Shown here one piece after another: positions 62,109-64,000 of a stretch of 64,000 nt of DNA. The stretch comes from Dehalococcoidia bacterium (GTDB lineage Bacteria > Chloroflexota > Dehalococcoidia > Lucifugimonadales > UBA1123), in the NCBI GenBank assembly GCA_965116415.1, contig OZ220693.1, forward strand, positions 831,076-895,075. The letters are read 5' to 3'. Each line of letters starts with the position of its first letter. Positions within the stretch are counted from its first letter, which is position 1. The notes under the pieces were generated by a model. The model worked only from the letters and a program-made list of their open reading frames with translations, did no database searches and was not told where the DNA came from. Made by a program: the position numbers and the translations under genes.

Positions 62109-63311
62109 CTAGTCCGCGGTTGCTACGGCCTTGGACTTTTCCATCTCTCGGATGGCGGGAAAGACCTCTTTGCCGAATAGCTCGATTGAGCTCATGACCT
62201 TCTCGTGTGGAATGGTCTCGGTCTGGATAATCATCATGACTTCGTCGACGCCGATCTCCTGGTACTGCTGGATGGCCCGGATGCAGCTTTCGGGATCACC
62301 AGCGATGGTGACTGCGCGGTCTGCGAGCGTGTTAGCGTCAAGCTCGGCGATGGCTGCACGTGCAGCGCCAGGCCCCGAGTCCAGCGAGATACCCACATCC
62401 TCGGCCTGCTGCTTGTGGGCCTCGTCGGACTGTCGGAGCCAGCGACCGAAGTCGGCCTCCAAGTGCTCGGGGACACCGCCCCATGCTTCCAGCAACTCTT
62501 CGTAGGCGCCGACGCGGCCTGCGATGTACGGCTTGTCTGGTCCGAAGAAGGTCTTCATGGACTCCGCGGCCGTCTCCCGTGCCTCCTGGTTGTCCGTGCC
62601 GCAGAAGGCGTGGACATTGTTCGCCCAGTAGTTGGTCGTGAAGGCTCCAACCGGGTTGGCGTTCTTGATCTTCTGCTTGTAGGTCTTGACGTGTGACTCC
62701 AGCACCGACGTCGCGTACGAAGCCGAAGAGAGCACACCAATGCCCTTCTCTGCCGCGAGGTCAAAGCTGGACGACTGCGTGCAGGCGAGGTACATATTTG
62801 GATGCGGCTTCTGGACGAGCTTGGGCAGCACACGGCGCGAGGGCACGTTCCAGAACTTGCCCTCCCACTCGAACTCGTCGGACTGCCAGATCTGCGGCAG
62901 CATGGTGATCGACTCGTTCCACATGTCGCGGGTGTCCCTGGGGTCCACTCCGAGGCCCATCTGCTCGTAGGCGTTCGAGCGGCCGGTGCCGAACTCGACT
63001 CTGCCGTCGGTGAGCTGATCGACCATCGCAACCCGCTCTGCGATTCGCACCGGGTGAGCGTGAGGCAATATCGACACTCCGAACCCAATCCTGATGTTCT
63101 TGGTGCGCTGGCTGAGCGCCCCGAAGATCACCTCAGGGCAGGGAGATCCGGAGAACCCGAGCAGGAAGTGGTGCTCAACGAACCAGACCCTGTCGTACCC
63201 GACACTGTCGGCGAGCTCACACTGTTCGAGCGTCTCCTTGTATAGTGTGTTCCAGTCGATCTCGGTGCCCTCGTACGGGCGCTGCATCTCAAATAGCAGA
63301 CCGAAGTTCAT
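62109..63311 (-). CDS. luciferase-like (LLM-class) flavin/F420-dependent oxidoreductase
   Basis: 400 aa. Contains MNFGLLFEMQ ... GYDRVWFVEHHF ... GRVEFGTGR, typical of the LLM family. Confidence 0.82.
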   Translation of the reverse strand: MNFGLLFEMQRPYEGTEIDWNTLYKETLEQCELADSVGYDRVWFVEHHFLLGFSGSPCPEVIFGALSQRTKNIRIGFGVSILPHAHPVRIAERVAMVDQLTDGRVEFGTGRSNAYEQMGLGVDPRDTRDMWNESITMLPQIWQSDEFEWEGKFWNVPSRRVLPKLVQKPHPNMYLACTQSSSFDLAAEKGIGVLSSASYATSVLESHVKTYKQKIKNANPVGAFTTNYWANNVHAFCGTDNQEARETAAESMKTFFGPDKPYIAGRVGAYEELLEAWGGVPEHLEADFGRWLRQSDEAHKQQAEDVGISLDSGPGAARAAIAELDANTLADRAVTIAGDPESCIRAIQQYQEIGVDEVMMIIQTETIPHEKVMSSIELFGKEVFPAIREMEKSKAVATAD

Positions 63312-63413
63312 CTTTACTCTCCTCGGGAACGCGCTTCAGGTAGGGCGCGCAACCCTTGACTGGGCCAATCCTACTAGTGCGTAGGGCGGTGTGCAACGGG
63401 TGGGAGCGTCCAG

Positions 63414-64000
63414 CTAAGTCTGGCGGAGGCGGGGATCCATCCTGTCGCGGACCCAGTCGCCGAGCAGGGTGAACGCGATCACCACCAAAGCGATGATCAT
63501 ACCCGGGGCGAGGCTGTCCCACCATGCATCGACTACATACAGGCGACCGAGCGCGACCATGGAACCCCACGCAGGTGTCGGTGGAGGCACTCCGGCTCCG
63601 AGGAAGCTGAGCGACGCCTCAGCAAGGATGATGTTGCCGACCTGGATGGTGGCAACGACGACGATCGTGTTGAGCACGCCGGGGAGGATGTGCTTGTAGA
63701 GGATGCGAGTGGTCGATGCGCCTGTGACCTTGGCAAGGGCGACGTAGTCCATCTCCTTGAGCACCAGTACCTCGCCGCGGACCTGCCGGGCGAAACCTCC
63801 CCATATCAGGAAGGCAAGGAGTCCGAGAAGCAGCGGCAGGCTGGGACCGAAGATGAGAGCCAGCGCCAGCGCAATCAGAATGAACGGCAGCGAGAACTTG
63901 ACGTCCACGATGCGCATGATGATCTCGTCCACCCAGCCTCCGAAGTAGCCTGAGATCATTCCGACCACAGTACCAAAAAGCCCTCCGACTCCCAGTACCA
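63414..64000 (-). CDS. ABC transporter permease (DppC/OppC-type), C-terminal part; the 5' end lies outside the window
   Basis: The frame stays open to position 64000 (…GTVVGMISGYFGGWVDEIIMRIVDV…). Contains the EAA-loop context YVALAKVTGASTTRILYKHILPG. Confidence 0.85.
   Translation of the reverse strand, partial: VLGVGGLFGTVVGMISGYFGGWVDEIIMRIVDVKFSLPFILIALALALIFGPSLPLLLGLLAFLIWGGFARQVRGEVLVLKEMDYVALAKVTGASTTRILYKHILPGVLNTIVVVATIQVGNIILAEASLSFLGAGVPPPTPAWGSMVALGRLYVVDAWWDSLAPGMIIALVVIAFTLLGDWVRDRMDPRLRQT

Overview
The window is about 64 kb of bacterial chromosome, moderately GC-rich and densely coding on both strands. Housekeeping gene content and a pile-up of catabolic paralogs suggest a marine Chloroflexota (SAR202-like) genome; this is an inference from protein sequences only, not verified. 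The paralogs are luciferase-like (LLM) oxidoreductases, an enolase-superfamily enzyme, a family-III CoA-transferase, an SMP-30 lactonase and alpha/beta hydrolases.

Core blocks:
- gatB and pcm.
- A siroheme/tetrapyrrole operon: sirC-like, hemC, cobA-hemD, hemB.
- NiSOD (sodN) with a soluble S26 maturation-type protease nearby.
- An M20 peptidase / MBL hydrolase / LarA-like operon.
- tRNA-Thr, tRNA-Tyr, tRNA-Thr, tuf, rpmG, secE, nusG, rplKAJL.
- larC, radA, clpC, rpsA.
- A stand-alone 5S rRNA gene with its own promoter.
- tyrA, aroA, gmk.
- pepN, comF, hpt.
- Peptide/nickel-type ABC transporter components.

Accessory or odd parts:
1. An AT-richer islet at about 41.35-45.2 kb. It carries a small-protein operon (Pmp3-like), a structurally non-canonical tRNA-like gene (Sec/allo-tRNA-type fold, anticodon GAG), an IS1595-family transposase, orphan small ORFs, and a promoter-driven structured RNA of about 205 nt and unknown class.
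2. An AT-rich single-gene islet encoding a DUF262/DUF1524 (GmrSD-like) nuclease.
3. A four-gene operon with an ADP-forming acyl-CoA synthetase and three divergent CitE/HpcH-like lyase paralogs.
4. A HesB/IscA-like protein with a (Gly6-Cys-x-Cys)x3 tail.
5. A lipoprotein substrate-binding protein (SBP) with 48-nt coding tandem repeats.

No CRISPR array was seen. All calls come from reading the sequence and ORF track; no searches were run.
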